A stretch of DNA of 64,000 bases from Eledone cirrhosa (GCA_964016885.1 OZ024756.1:14198001-14262000); one strand, 5' to 3'. Shown: positions 27,866 through 42,122, numbered from the stretch's first letter. Notes: generated by a model not told the origin, from the letters alone. Numbers and translations are program-made.

Positions 27866-27953
27866 GGGTGTGTATGTGTGTGTGTGTCAGTGTATGTGAG
27901 TGTGTCAGTTTATGTGTGTGTCTGGTGTGTGTCTGTGTGTGTGTCTGGTGTGT

Positions 27954-28026
<73 letters not shown>

Positions 28027-28217
28027 GTGTGTCAGTGTGTATGTTGTGTATGGTGAGTGTGTATGGTGTGTGTGTCTGTGTGTGTGTGTCTCTGTGTGTG
28101 TGTGTGTGTGTGTGTGTGTCTGTGTGTGTGTGTCTCTGTGTGTGTGTGTGTGTGTCTGTGTCTGTGTGTGTGTGTGTGTCAGTGTGTATGTTGTGTGTAT
28201 GGTGTGTGTGTCTGTGT

Positions 28218-28262
<45 letters not shown>

Positions 28263-28808
28263 CACACACACATACAGAGACCCCCCCCACTAAAACACTG
28301 CCACCACCTCCATCATCTCTCTACCACATTAAATAGTTGGAATATATCCAAACTGAAAAGTTGTTAAATTTGGAATATTCTAAGTCTGCTACAGCAGAAT
28401 GTATTTCCGGACGCCATGCTTTGCAGCATAGTTACGTCCCTTTATGGTCTGAGTTCAAATCCCGCCAAGGTTAACTTTACCTTTCATCCTTACAGGGTCG
28501 ATAAAATAAAGTACCAGTAATGCACTGGGATAATTGCTGGCCTTGTGCCAAAAGTAGAAACAATTATTATTATTATTGCGGGGTGTGGGGGTTGTGTGTG
28601 TGTGTGTGTGTGTGTGTGGGGGGGGGGCTGTATCGGTAGAGGGTCGGACGCCATGCTTTGATGCATAGAGTTACGGCCCTTGCCATTCTGAGTTCAAATC
28701 CCGCCGAGGTTAACTTTGCCTTTCATCCTTACGGGGTCGATAAAATAAAGTACCAGTAATGCACTGGGGTAATTTGCTGGCCTTGTGCCAAAAGTAGAAA
28801 CAATTATT
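26745..28808 (+). mobile_element. Scattered tRNA-SINE copies (~26745-26900, 27451-27535, 28408-28570, 28628-28808) among CT- and TG-rich repeats
   Basis: B-box and family body sequence. Confidence 0.8.
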
Positions 28809-29009
28809 ATTTTTGTTGTTATATTACTGTTGTTGTTGTTATTGGATCACACACACACACACACACACGCACACACACACACAACACATATATATATATA
28901 TATACAGGGTGTCCCTAAAAATGTATACACACTTCAGCAGCATTCTAATAAACATTGCCTGTACAGATAATCAAAGACTCTCTCTCTCTCTCGCTATATA
29001 TATAGTAGC

Positions 29010-29061
<52 letters not shown>

Positions 29062-29076
29062 GTTTCAGAAGATATG

Positions 29077-29140
<64 letters not shown>

Positions 29141-29329
29141 TTACTTCAATAAGTAAAATCAATCTGAAAGTGAGAGATTAAATGATTTTAACATACGAGT
29201 ATACGCAGTTTGCATTTAAAACTAGCCAGCTGCAGGCTTACAACGACCGGATATGACGTTTCTTCTGCCATAATCCCGTGGTTACTGATGTGCCTCAAAT
29301 AAATATTTATACCCGTAGGCACACACAGA

Positions 29330-29655
29330 CTGACTGGCATTGCGTCGGTTACGACGACGAGTGTTCCAGTGATCCGACAAGCGGAACAGCCTGCACGTGA
29401 TATTAACCTGCAAGTGGCTGAGCATTCCACAGTCACGTGTGCCGTTAACGTAGTTCACGGGGAGATTCAGCGTGACAGAGAATGTGACAGGGCTGGCCCT
29501 TCGAATTACAGGTACAACTCATTTTTGCCAGCTTAATGAACGGGAGCAAGGTGAAATAAGGAGTCTTGCTCAAGGACACAACGCGCTGCCGGGAATCGAA
29601 CTCATGAACTTACGATTGTGAGCCGAATAACCTAACCACAAAACCACGCGCCTCC
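29330..29655 (-). mobile_element. Second tRNA-derived SINE family (CORE-type)
   Basis: Reverse-complement B-box GGGAATCGAACTC; CORE-like segment GGAGCAAGGTGAAATAAGGAGTCTTGCTCAAGGACACAACGC. Confidence 0.75.
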
Positions 29656-30151
29656 ACTGCATATCTGCACAGATGTGACGTGGTGACCCAGTTATGGTTA
29701 GCCAGATCCCGACACCAGCCACGGGTTTGACCATTTAACCCCAAACCATCCGGTATCTTTCTATGCAGCTTCGCCTACGACGGATTCAATGGCTCTCAGT
29801 TTTGCCGCCATCCCTTGCAAAGTCCAGTCGGCTGAGGGGCTTGCTGAGTGAGCGACCCGTCAAACCTCAACAGCCCACCTCAAAACGGTTGCTGCGCATC
29901 TGTCCACCTCCTGCCCTGGCACTTCTCCACCGGTTCCTAACCCAAGATCTCCGCTGAGGTATAACACTGGAATCCTTAAATCCCGATTGATTTAGAAGAG
30001 TTTAATTTAATCCTGGCGGAGCACATCCCTCTCTACGTCTGAACACAGCCGATGAGAGGGTGAGAGAGAGGGTGAGAGAGAGAAAGGGAAGGGGTCAGAG
30101 AAGGGGTGAGGAAAAGGGAGAGAAGAAGAAGGGGTGAGATAGAGGATGAGT

Positions 30152-30190
<39 letters not shown>

Positions 30191-30199
30191 AACCAGCTC

Positions 30200-30706
30200 T
30201 AGTCTAGACTAACTCTTTATTTATCGACCTGGAAAGGATGAAAGGGTAGCATGGTTTGAAGAGAGAGAGCAGAGAGCCGGAACAAGTAGCACGAATTAAT
30301 CTATCCGACGTTCTCACGATTCTCAATTCGCCGGCTTACAGAGGAATAAAGTTAAACAATTGTTTCTACTTTTGGCACAAGGCCGTTACTGGTACTTTAT
30401 TTTATCGATCCCGTAAGGATGAAAGGCAAAGTCAACCGCGGCGGGATTTGAACTCAGAATGGCAAGGGCCGTAACTCTATGCGTCAAAGCATGGCGTCCG
30501 ACCCTCTACCGATACTGCCAATCCACCGCCCTTAAAGTCAAATAATTGTTTCTACTTTAGGCACAAGGCCAGCAATTATCCCAGTGCATTACTGGTACTT
30601 TATTTTATCGACCCCGTAAGGATGAAAGGCAAAGTTAACCTCGGCGGGATTTGAACTCAGACTGTAAAGGGACGTAACTATGCTAGAAAGCATGGCGTCC
30701 AACCCT
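30200..30706 (-). mobile_element. Three tandem tRNA-SINE copies
   Basis: Family body sequence; B-boxes near 30445 and 30647. Confidence 0.85.
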
Positions 30707-30863
30707 GCTAAAGTCAAATAATAAAGCAAAAGAAATAACAGGCAATAATTGAAGTTGCATCTCTTGATTAACTCCTAAGTGGGTAAAGTAATTAATCCAT
30801 TTAGTACTTTGTCATGCGAAGTGACAGCCGTATAAGTTTACAGGAATATATCGTGTGTATGTT

Positions 30864-30924
<61 letters not shown>

Positions 30925-31723
30925 AATAAATCTAGCTTTTAGCGATCACACTTAACTGACAACTGAGTCGCCTTACAGCAGTCACTTACACACACACACA
31001 TACACATACACATACATACATGGTCATGCATACATACATGGACACACATGCATACACATACGTACATGCACACACATGCATACATGAACACACACATGCA
31101 TACACACACACGCATACACACACACGCATACACACATACGTACTCATATACATACATACACACCCATACATGCACACATGCATACACATACGTACATGCA
31201 CACACATGCATACATGAACACACACATGCATACACACATACATACACATACACGCATACACACATACGTACTCATATACATACATACACACCCATACATG
31301 CACACACATGCATACACATACATACATGCACACACATGCATACATGAACACACACATGCATACACACATACATACACATACACGCATACACACATACGTA
31401 CTCATATACATACATACACACCCATACATGCACACACAAACACACACACACACACATATATATGTGGTGTCTTTAGAATAAATCATAAGTTCAACATATC
31501 TTGTGTGAAATCAGTAACATAGTTTCTGATTGTGTAATTAATTTATTAATTAGCAAGGATGTTTTGCATTCTAAACTAGACACTAATTAAAGACACATGG
31601 TTACATCTCACATTCTACCTTTGGATACACACAGATGTATATATGTGCATGTATATGTATGTATATGCATTCTAAGACTAATACAGTGCTTAATATATAC
31701 TCGTTTTTGTAGAGGATAGTATG

Positions 31724-31763
<40 letters not shown>

Positions 31764-32566
31764 GAAGGTGAGTAATATTGTAGAACAATAAAACTATGCA
31801 TATATCAGATAAGTAGCACTCAACAGTTGGTAGAACTGGAGTATATATTAAAGAAGAAATTAAAAGATGGAATTTTTTAACCATCTTTTAATTTCTTCTT
31901 TTATGTATATATACACACACACAAAGATAATTTAGAAAAGATAATTTGTAGATAAAAAATGCATAATTTGTAGATAAAAAATGCATAATTTGTAGATAAA
32001 AAATGATAATTTGTAGATAAAAAATGCAATAACAACATGGCCAGTAATTCGGTGGAATCTACATTTAACAAACAGACACCTATTGACTATAAACTACTCA
32101 AAGTAATCCCATGGTTAATAGCCCTGAATTACAAACAACATACACACATACATACGAACTACAATACATAAACACTTGAATGAAAATCACCTATCCAACT
32201 ATCACGTGCTTTGCATTACACCTTACATAACAAATACCTACATTATGACCACACGCCTCTCTAACAAATTGCACGCCATCTTAAACATTTCTAACAATTA
32301 TAACACGCTTTAACACCCCACACAAAATATGTTTATTTCAACCGCATTATAACTCTTTCCTCATACATGCCTTATTGACTGTATTGACTCCTGCATTGTA
32401 CACCAATTTTCCTTACTTGTAACTTTTTTGCCTGTACTTTTCACTTATACCTCTTACACCTTCAACCAGTGCTGCCTGTAATTGTGTTCTCTCATGCATA
32501 ACATCTTTTTAACTCCTGACTCTCCACATGATGCCTTTGACACTAAAACAATTATGTACCCTAAAT

Positions 32567-32615
32567 GTTCTGAATGACTAGGATTTTAGTGACATTGGAA
32601 GAAACAATTGTCAGC
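32567..32615 (+). ncRNA. Hammerhead-like motif with a 1-nt core insertion
   Basis: GTT-CTGAATGA-...-GAAA-C AATT GTC-AGC then AATAAA; palindromic stem III ACAATTGT. Confidence 0.5.
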
Positions 32616-32787
32616 AAATAAATGTTCTAAACTAAAATTTGATCCTTTTAACACTTTGTATCTCGACTCTCTAAAACACTTGAAAATTTGCATTAAGCCT
32701 TTTGCCACACCGGTAACCAGCTAGTACTTAGTACTACCCTCCATATTTATAGTTGTATTAAACATATATAAATATAAATATCCTTAT

Positions 32788-32834
<47 letters not shown>

Positions 32835-32974
32835 GTATAATAAACAATACAATATAATTACCTCATTACCAGAGGTTTCCCGAATAAGACGAATACGAAA
32901 GAAACGTCTTCATTCGTTCGTCGGACGAGGCAATATAAAACATAGTGAAATATTTGGAAAGTCTCCTCAAGAAA

Positions 32975-33046
<72 letters not shown>

Positions 33047-34547
33047 GAGAGCGAGACAGAGAGAGAGAGCGAGACAGAGAGAGAGAGAGAGCGAGAGCGA
33101 GAGAGAGAGAGAGTAAGGGGTTAACAGAACTGGGATGTGCGGATCACACCATGATCTGTCGGTTGTGAAGCAGATAAAAAGAAGGGCTCAACGACCTGTA
33201 TACATGGTACAAGACGGAGCATTATATATTAATAAAAGATCGGAGGCCACCTGAATATGGCTTCCGATCTTTTATAAATCTCTCAATATATAAAATTCTT
33301 TGTCTCTCTGTCTGTCTGTTTCCTATGCATTCTCAAACAGCTCGACCAAATCAAATCACATTTTACTAGACCCCGGGAGTGTCAACATGTCATTTTTATT
33401 TTCATTTGGATTAAAACAATATATTTTATCTAAAATAATCTTTCTATAGTCAACTATAGTAAAGGACATTTTATACCACCACCACCACGACGTACTATTT
33501 TGTATATGAGTGTGTATGTGTGTGAATGTGTGTGAATGTGTGTGTGTTTGCGAGTTCATTACGTACGTTAGGCCTCAGATAATTAACATTTACACTTGAG
33601 AATACCTTTCCGACGGTCGGCTTATTTTTTCAATCAGTAAGTGTCATTTACTAATTTTTTGGCTAACAATCCTGAGACATTCTCACTTACCGCAGTTGCT
33701 TTAATATTTTTTTGCAATACTTCCTGAGACAATCACTTACCCCCGTGGCACACATTATTATTGGTGTTAGTACCAAGCCATATGCCCCATTACGTACATA
33801 GATAGAAATAGTTGATCTTTTTAGAAAGCCCCCGCCAAAAAATATCCCCACACCTATGTTAAAAATCACATACGCTGGCGTTAAGCGGTAATTTCTATCT
33901 ATCTTGGTACATAAGCGAGGAAAGCCAGCCCAGGTTACCAATTACAGTTGAGATTACCATTCCGATGATCGGATTATTTTTCAATCGGTAAGTGTCATTT
34001 AATAATTTTTTGATAACCTATCCTGAGACTAGTGGATCTTTTTAGAAAACCTCCGCCAAAATATCCCCGTACCTATGATAAAAATCACGTACGCTGACGT
34101 TTAGCGGAAATTTTTTTATTTTCTTTACCAATTACCAACTAGGAATAAATGCACAGATAGGGATAGAGAGAAAGAGTAACTTAGTGGAAAGAGTGCGAAT
34201 GAACTTTTGAGGTAAGTAGCCTACGCCTTACTGCTTTGACACTGGAACCTTCTGTCAACTTAACCTGTGACTTTCTCTTTCACATTTACTCCAATAGGCC
34301 AAAACAGAGTGGAAACGCCGGGGGACAACTGTCACAAAAGGAGTATGAAAAGAAGGGGCTCAACAATATTTCTATGAACAATGCGCGTAGACAGTTAAAC
34401 TGTACTTTCAACTTCTTATTTTTATCCAAATAAAACAAGTTTCCTCTCGGTATATTTTTGTGAGTTTTTAACAGGCAGTCAGAAATAAACGTTTCTCATT
34501 GGAGGTGCTATTACCAATGTTCTTACCCGTGCAACGCCGGGATACAC

Positions 34548-34607
<60 letters not shown>

Positions 34608-34677
34608 ATATATATATATATATATATGTTATATATATATATATATATATATATAACATATATATATATATATATAT

Positions 34678-36475
34678 GTCCAAAGTAACCCTCCTCACCA
34701 AGAAACCTTGGTGGGGTTGCAAGTTTAGTCGCCAAAGACCCGACCATGAGACAGGTTGTACTGGGATACATGTTACCAGTAGCACCAAGTGGTGACGTGA
34801 CATAATATATATACATACATATATATATGGTGGCTGCCAACTCGTTTTCGTGTACGGCCACTACTTTATATCCATGTAGGAGAACCCCTTCCGATGCGCT
34901 GAACGAGTGTGACTTTTTAGTCCAGCCAGCGACTGGTACAAACACTACACTTGTGACAATTATTGACACATAGTGCTGGGCCCATGGTACCATGTGACGA
35001 CAAGTGCAGGGAGATCTCCAGATATAAAGCAATACCTGTGCCATGAAGCTTTTATAGTGAGCAAAAGCACTGCACAAAGCCAGTCCCACTCTCTTAACCA
35101 AGATGATATTTACCAAAAAGAAGAACAAGTCAACATCATTGGATACCATCAGGGTTGCAGGTGTTATATCAGAGTTTTCCTTCTCCTAGAATTCTGCCTT
35201 GGCAAAGGCTAAGGGGTCATCTCTCCCGGTGATTTTGGATGGCCATTGACTCTTAAGAGCTCATTTGCCATTTGACAGGTTTTGTTTTTAGTCCTGCAGG
35301 ATGTCCAAAGTCACCCTCCTCACCAAGAAACCTTGGTGGGGTTGCCAGTTTAGTCGCCAACGACCCGACCATGAGACAGGTTGTACTGGGATACGTGTTA
35401 CCAGTAGCACCAACTGGTGACCTGACATACATACATACATACATGGTGGCTGCCAACTCGTTTTCGAGTACGGCCACTACTTTATATCCATGTAGGAGAA
35501 CCCCTACCAATGCGCTGAACGAGTGTGACTTTTTAGTCCAGCCAGCGACTTGAAAACTCTGGTACAAACACTACACTTGTGACAATTATTGACACATAGT
35601 GCTGGGCCCATGGTACCATGTGACAACAAGTGCAGAGAGATCTCCAGATATAAAGCAATGCCTGTGCTGTGAAGCTTTTATAGTGAGCAAAGGCACTGCA
35701 CAAAGCCAGTCCCACTCTCTTAACCAAGATGATATTTACCAAAAAGAAGAACAATTCAACATCATTGGATACCATCAGGGTTGCAGGTGTTATATCAGAG
35801 TTTTCCTTCTCCTAGAATTCTGCCTCGACAAAGGCTAAGGGGTCATACATACATACATACATACATACATGGTGGCTGCCAACTCGTTTTCGAGTACGGC
35901 CACTACTTCATATCCATGTAGGAGAACCTCTACCGATGCGCTGAATGACTGACTTTTTAGTCCAGCCAGCGACTTGAAAACTCTGGTACAAACACTACAC
36001 TTGTGACAATTATTGACACATAGTGCTAGGCCCATGGTACCATGTGACGACAAGTGCAGAGAGATCTCCAGATATAAAGCAATGCCTGTGCCGTGAAGCT
36101 TTTATAGTGAGCAAAGGCACTGCACAAAGCCAGTCCCACTCTCTTAACCAAGATGATATTTACCAAAAAGAAGAACAAGTCAACATCATTGGATACCATC
36201 AGGGTTGCAGGTGTTATATCAGAGTTTTCCTTCTCCTAGAATTCTGCCTTGACAAAGGCTAAGGGGTCATCTCTCCCGGTGATTCTGGATGGCCATTGAC
36301 TCTTAAGAGCTGTTTGCCCTTTGACAGGTTTTGTTTTTAGTCCTGCAGGATGCCCAAAGTCACCCTCCTCACCAAGAAACCTTGGTGGGGTTGCCAGTTT
36401 AGTCGCCAACGACCCGACCATGAGACAGGTTGTACTGGGATACATGTTACCAGTAGCACCAAGTGGTGACCTGAC
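34678..36475 (-). mobile_element. Tandem array of a ~607-bp non-autonomous RTE-derived element in (CATA)n/(TA)n: 34678-34798, 34827-35426, 35443-35846, 35869-36475
   Basis: Highly similar copies with (ATGT)n tails. RTE-like 5' UTR motif CTAGGAGAAGGAAAACTCTGA. 3' part encodes C2H2-like [19 protein letters not shown]. No RT. Confidence 0.75.
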
Positions 36476-36526
36476 ATACATACATACATACATACATACA
36501 TACATACATACATACATACATACATA

Positions 36527-37391
36527 AATTGACCAATTTCCAGAAAAAGTTGTGCATGGATACTTGAGGCGTAAAACACAGACCATAGAGGGGATAAACC
36601 ACTCAAAATGCCTGGCATGGAGTTCCGACAAGTTTATGACATCACACCTTGAGGGATATCTCTATGCAATACAGGAACAAGAACTCCCTACCAAATATCT
36701 GCTGCACAAAAGAGGAGGGCCAGCAGCTGACAATAAATGTAGGCGATGTAAAACAAAGATCGAGGATGTAAGCCACATTGTTGCCAGCTGCGAAAGAATG
36801 TCATCTCGCTACTACCTCCCCATGAGACACGATGGGATAGCTAGAACCATCTGGAACGCACTTCGGAAAACAAAATTAACAACAAACGAGGAAGAATATA
36901 TTGAGACAGATGGCACTAAGGAATACTGGTGGAACCTGAAAATAAAAACTGCCACCAAATTAAAGCACAACCGGCCTGATATTGTTGTTTGGGACCACAC
37001 ATTGAAAACGTGTTCTGTTGTGGAGATCAGCTGCCCACTTGATGTAAACGTTGTCAGAAAAATACAGAAGGAGGAGGACATCTACGGACTATTGATGAGG
37101 AGTTTACAAATCCAGTATCCAAGATACACCTTTAGCTTCATACCCATCATTATTGGAGCTACGGGTTATATACCAACCCGCTTGGACCAAAGTATGACTG
37201 AACTTGGATTTGCGGACAAAAAGCGCAGCTCCCTAATTCATAGTCTACAAATGGCTGCGATAGCTGGCACCTTCAAAATTTGCAAAACATTCTTGCGATT
37301 CAAGGGATGACAATTTCTTTTCTTTTACAACCTTGCCACCAGGAAGGTGGCCGGTCAAAAAAAATATACTCGAAATTAAGAGAAAGAGATA
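36527..37391 (+). mobile_element. R4/Dong-like non-LTR 3' end: CCHC knuckle + restriction-like endonuclease + 3' UTR
   Basis: CRRCKTKIEDVSHIVASC, RHD, RPDIVVWD..VEIS, IPIIIGATG. Stop at 37310. (CATA)n on both sides. Confidence 0.9.
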
Positions 37392-37412
37392 ACATACATA
37401 CATACATACATA

Positions 37413-38130
37413 GAAAGCTTTCGATTCTGTTCCCCACTCTTGGATGATAGAGGACCTCCAACTTGCTAAAGTCCCAGACATTATTGTCAGAGCCATAGAG
37501 AGGCTGTCTTCTTCTGGGGCTACTATCCTAAGGTTAAAGACAGAGAGGGAGGACTCTATTTTCACTGATAAAATAAAATATTGCAGGGGTATATTTCAGG
37601 GGGACAGTCTCTCTGTGATATTGTTCATCTTGTCATTAAACCCCTTGTCCTTTCTGCTCAAGAAATGTGAGGGATACATCATTGGCTCACAGGAGGACAG
37701 AAATACGAATCTAACGCATAACTTTTTTGTGGACGATCTGAAACTCTATGCCAAGAACATGGATGGGATGAAGAAAAATCTTGCCCTGGTTACAACATTC
37801 TCAGAGGATATAGGAATGGAGTTTGGCTAAGATAAATGCTCATACATGACTGTAAAGCGGGGAAAAACAACAACCCAATCTAGCAACATTGTCATCAATG
37901 GCCTAACTGTTTCACCGATATCTGATGAGGACTGCTACAGATACCTGGAGATAGATGAGAACATATCGTATAATGGTATCTGTAATAAAGAACGCGTAAC
38001 CAGGGAATACTACATCCGATTAAGAAAGATCTGGTTATCGGAACTCTCTGCGCAAAACAAAACAGTGGCTCACAATGTGTTTGCTGTACCTGTCCTAACA
38101 TCAACGTTTGGAATACTCAATTGGACTATA
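37413..38130 (+). mobile_element. R4/Dong-like RT fragment with one in-frame stop
   Basis: KAFDSVPHSW, RGIFQGDSLS, FVDDLKLYA, GMEFG*DKC, YRYL. Confidence 0.9.
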
Positions 38131-38131
38131 C

Positions 38132-38188
<57 letters not shown>

Positions 38189-38285
38189 CGTACATACATA
38201 TATACATACATATATATATATATACGTACATACATATATATATTACATACATATATATATATATATATACGTACATACATATATT

Positions 38286-38316
<31 letters not shown>

Positions 38317-38611
38317 TACATACATATATATATTATATATATACGTCCATACATATATACATACATACATATATATATACGTCCATACATATATACATAC
38401 ATGGTGGCTGCCAACTCGTTTTCGAGTATGGCCACTACTTTATATCCATGTAGGAGAACCCCTACCGATGCGCTGAACAAGTGTGACTTTTTAGTCTAGC
38501 CAGCGACTTGAAAACTCTGGTACAAACATTACACTTGTGACAATTATTGACATGGTACCATGGGCCCAGCACTATATACATACATACATATATATATACG
38601 TCCATACATAT

Positions 38612-38665
<54 letters not shown>

Positions 38666-38762
38666 GTCCATACATATATACATACATATATATATATATA
38701 TATATATGTATGTATATATGTATGGACGTATATATATATATATGTATGTATATATGTATGGA

Positions 38763-38799
<37 letters not shown>

Positions 38800-38950
38800 A
38801 TATGTATGGACGTATATATATATGTATGTATGTATATATGTATGGACGTATATATATATATATATGTATATATGTATGGACGTATATATATAATATATAT
38901 ATGTATGTACGTATATATATATATATATGTATGTAATATATGTATGTACG

Positions 38951-38993
<43 letters not shown>

Positions 38994-39014
38994 GTACATA
39001 CATACATATATACG

Positions 39015-39052
<38 letters not shown>

Positions 39053-39054
39053 CG

Positions 39055-39103
<49 letters not shown>

Positions 39104-39104
39104 G

Positions 39105-39148
<44 letters not shown>

Positions 39149-39150
39149 CG

Positions 39151-39194
<44 letters not shown>

Positions 39195-39365
39195 CGTACA
39201 TACATACATATATACGTACATACATATACATATATACGTACATACATACATATATACGTACATACATATATACATACATATATACGTACATACATACATA
39301 TATACGTACATACATATATACATACATATATACGTACATACATACATATATACGTACATACATAT

Positions 39366-39439
<74 letters not shown>

Positions 39440-39567
39440 ATATATACGTACATACATATATATATATATACACATATACATATATACGTACATACATACA
39501 TATATACGTACATACATATATACATACATATATACGTACATACATACATATATACGTACATACATAT

Positions 39568-39629
<62 letters not shown>

Positions 39630-39705
39630 ATATATACGTACATACATATATATATATATATACACATATACATATATACGTACATACATACATATATATA
39701 TAGAG

Positions 39706-39746
<41 letters not shown>

Positions 39747-39877
39747 CATATATATATACATAAATACATACATATATACATAAATACATACATATATATA
39801 CACATACATAAATACATATATATATATATACACACACACACATATATATATACATACATATATATATATATATATAT
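38131..39877. repeat. Compound TA/TACA/TACG microsatellite containing a 3' fragment of the RTE-derived element (38401-38575)
   Basis: Direct reading. Confidence 0.9.
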
Positions 39878-40044
39878 AGTTATACTTGGGGAGGGTCATA
39901 TTGTTGTAATAATATTGCCAGACATAATAACAGAACACACTCACTGTTTGGTTGGTTTTCGCTTCTGCATCTTTTATATCTCCATAGTTAATTTATTTTG
40001 GCCATCAACGTTTATCATTGACTGACCAACGGTCAAAAATACAG

Positions 40045-40101
<57 letters not shown>

Positions 40102-40208
40102 AAAGTTCTATTTAAAGTTGTTGGGATACAACAAGTAAATATTTAAAGTAATGGTTGTATTTTAAAAGGGTACGTCAAAGATATTTGTAAAACTGTTATA
40201 TATTGTAT

Positions 40209-40265
40209 TTTGTCTGATGAAGGCATACCATAATTTAATGTGGTATCCCTGAAATATGTATAATG
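40209..40265 (+). ncRNA. Hammerhead motif, core intact, stem I decayed
   Basis: CTGATGA-[AGGCATACCA...TGGTATCCCT]-GAAA-T AT GTA. Confidence 0.55.
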
Positions 40266-40338
40266 AAATAAATATGGTTTTATAAATATAGTTTCCATTT
40301 ATTAATATCGTATATATATATATATATATATATATAGT

Positions 40339-40383
40339 CTAACAAAGTTCTTTCGTTGCACATCTACAACATCATCAGTAGTA
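40339..40383 (-). ncRNA. Hammerhead-like motif, decayed
   Basis: CTA-CTGATGA-T[GTTG...CAAC]-GAAA-G AA CTT. Confidence 0.4.
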
Positions 40384-40564
40384 CTATTATCATGTTTGCT
40401 CCTATTGTGTTGTGTTTACGCCATTTTAACACACACACACACACACACACACACATACGCGCGCACACACACACATATATATATAGGTATTAGAGGGGCA
40501 AATTAATTGCGACCGTAGGCGGTATGCCAAGATGAGCACTCGATGCTCGTTGGGAGCAGAGTAT

Positions 40565-41023
40565 CAATAATAATTGTTTCTACTTTTGGCACAAGGCCAG
40601 CAATTAACCAGTACATTACTGGTACTTTATTTTATCGACTCCCGTAAGGATGAAAGGCAAAATTAACCTCGACGGGAGTGTCAATAATAATTGTTTCTTA
40701 TATAAGCACAAGGCCAGCAATCTTGGTGGAGGGGAAAGTCGATTAAATCGACACCAGTGCGCGACTGGTACTTTATTTTATCGACCCCGTAAGGATGAAA
40801 GACAAAGTTAACCTCGGCGGGATTTGAACTCAGATCATAAAGGACCGTTAATAATTGTTTCTACTTTAGGCACAAGGCCAGCAATTTTCCCAGTGCATTA
40901 CTGGTACTTTATTTTATCGACCCCGTAAGGATGAAAGGCAAAGTCAACCTCGGCGGGATTTGAACTCAGATCGTAAAGGGACGTAACTATGCTGGAAAGC
41001 ATGGCGTCCGACCCTCTACCGAT
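40565..41023 (-). mobile_element. Three tandem tRNA-SINE copies
   Basis: Family body sequence repeated three times. Confidence 0.85.
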
Positions 41024-41092
41024 TAATAATAATAATAATAATAATATATAAGGGTACAAAGAATCAGTGTTGCATCATATTCATATTTAATT

Positions 41093-41184
41093 ACATATTA
41101 CATATGTTTCACTGCCTATCAGCTCGAGGAACGATCAATTAAGAATCGAACCTGACTCTGGAATCGGAAGCTCCTCAGATATGT
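41093..41184 (-). ncRNA. Type-I hammerhead motif with long stem II
   Basis: ACATAT-CTGAGGA-[GCTTCC...GGCAGT]-GAAA-C ATAT GTA-ATATGT; 6-bp stem I and palindromic stem III. Confidence 0.7.
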
Positions 41185-41709
41185 TAACAATATATATAGG
41201 TGTGTGTATGACGGGGTGTGTATTTACATATTTTCTATGTTTTAGTACAAAAGCTAAAAGTGCTCGATACACCGTCACATTGCATAGAGCCGTGTGTAAT
41301 CCAGATAAGCTACTCACACTTGGCTTTACTCGTCGTTTCTGAAACATTCCTGCGAAGAGTACACCGCCGTACCATAATATTTATGGTACGAATAGCATTG
41401 CCTACCTCACATAACACACACACACACACACGCTGATACATACACATACACATACACACACACTGATACTGATACATACATACACATATCATAGATAAAG
41501 GTATTTATGTGCAAGCGGGTGTGGTGGTTCTGTTGTTGCTGATGATGATGATGATGATGATAACGATGATGACAACGAAGATTGTCGTGGTTCTGATGTA
41601 TTGGTGATGAAAGTGAATGATAGATATAAGTGTGTGTGTGTGTGGGGGGGGGGGGGGCGAGACAGAGGAAATATTGAGAGCTAGAAGCAGTAGTGATGAC
41701 TACAGGTTG

Positions 41710-41754
<45 letters not shown>

Positions 41755-42063
41755 GCTATTTCAAGCGTTAAACTAATATTTCGTTCATGTACTGTGCTGT
41801 TTGTTTTGCTATTACTTTTACACACACACACGCACGCAGATAGATATGTTTCTTTATTAGCCACAGGGGCACAAAAGAAGGGGACAAATACAAAGGGGGG
41901 AAGTTTACATACAATAAAAACGTGTAAAATGTTATCACAAATGCAATTTAAAAAGTTAGTCGATTTTCCCCAATAGGGGGAGACAGTTTATATGGGTAAC
42001 ACATACCCCCGAAAAAATGTGCAACCCTCATCTCCAGAAGTACGAAGAGTTTGTACTCCTTTT

Positions 42064-42122
<59 letters not shown>

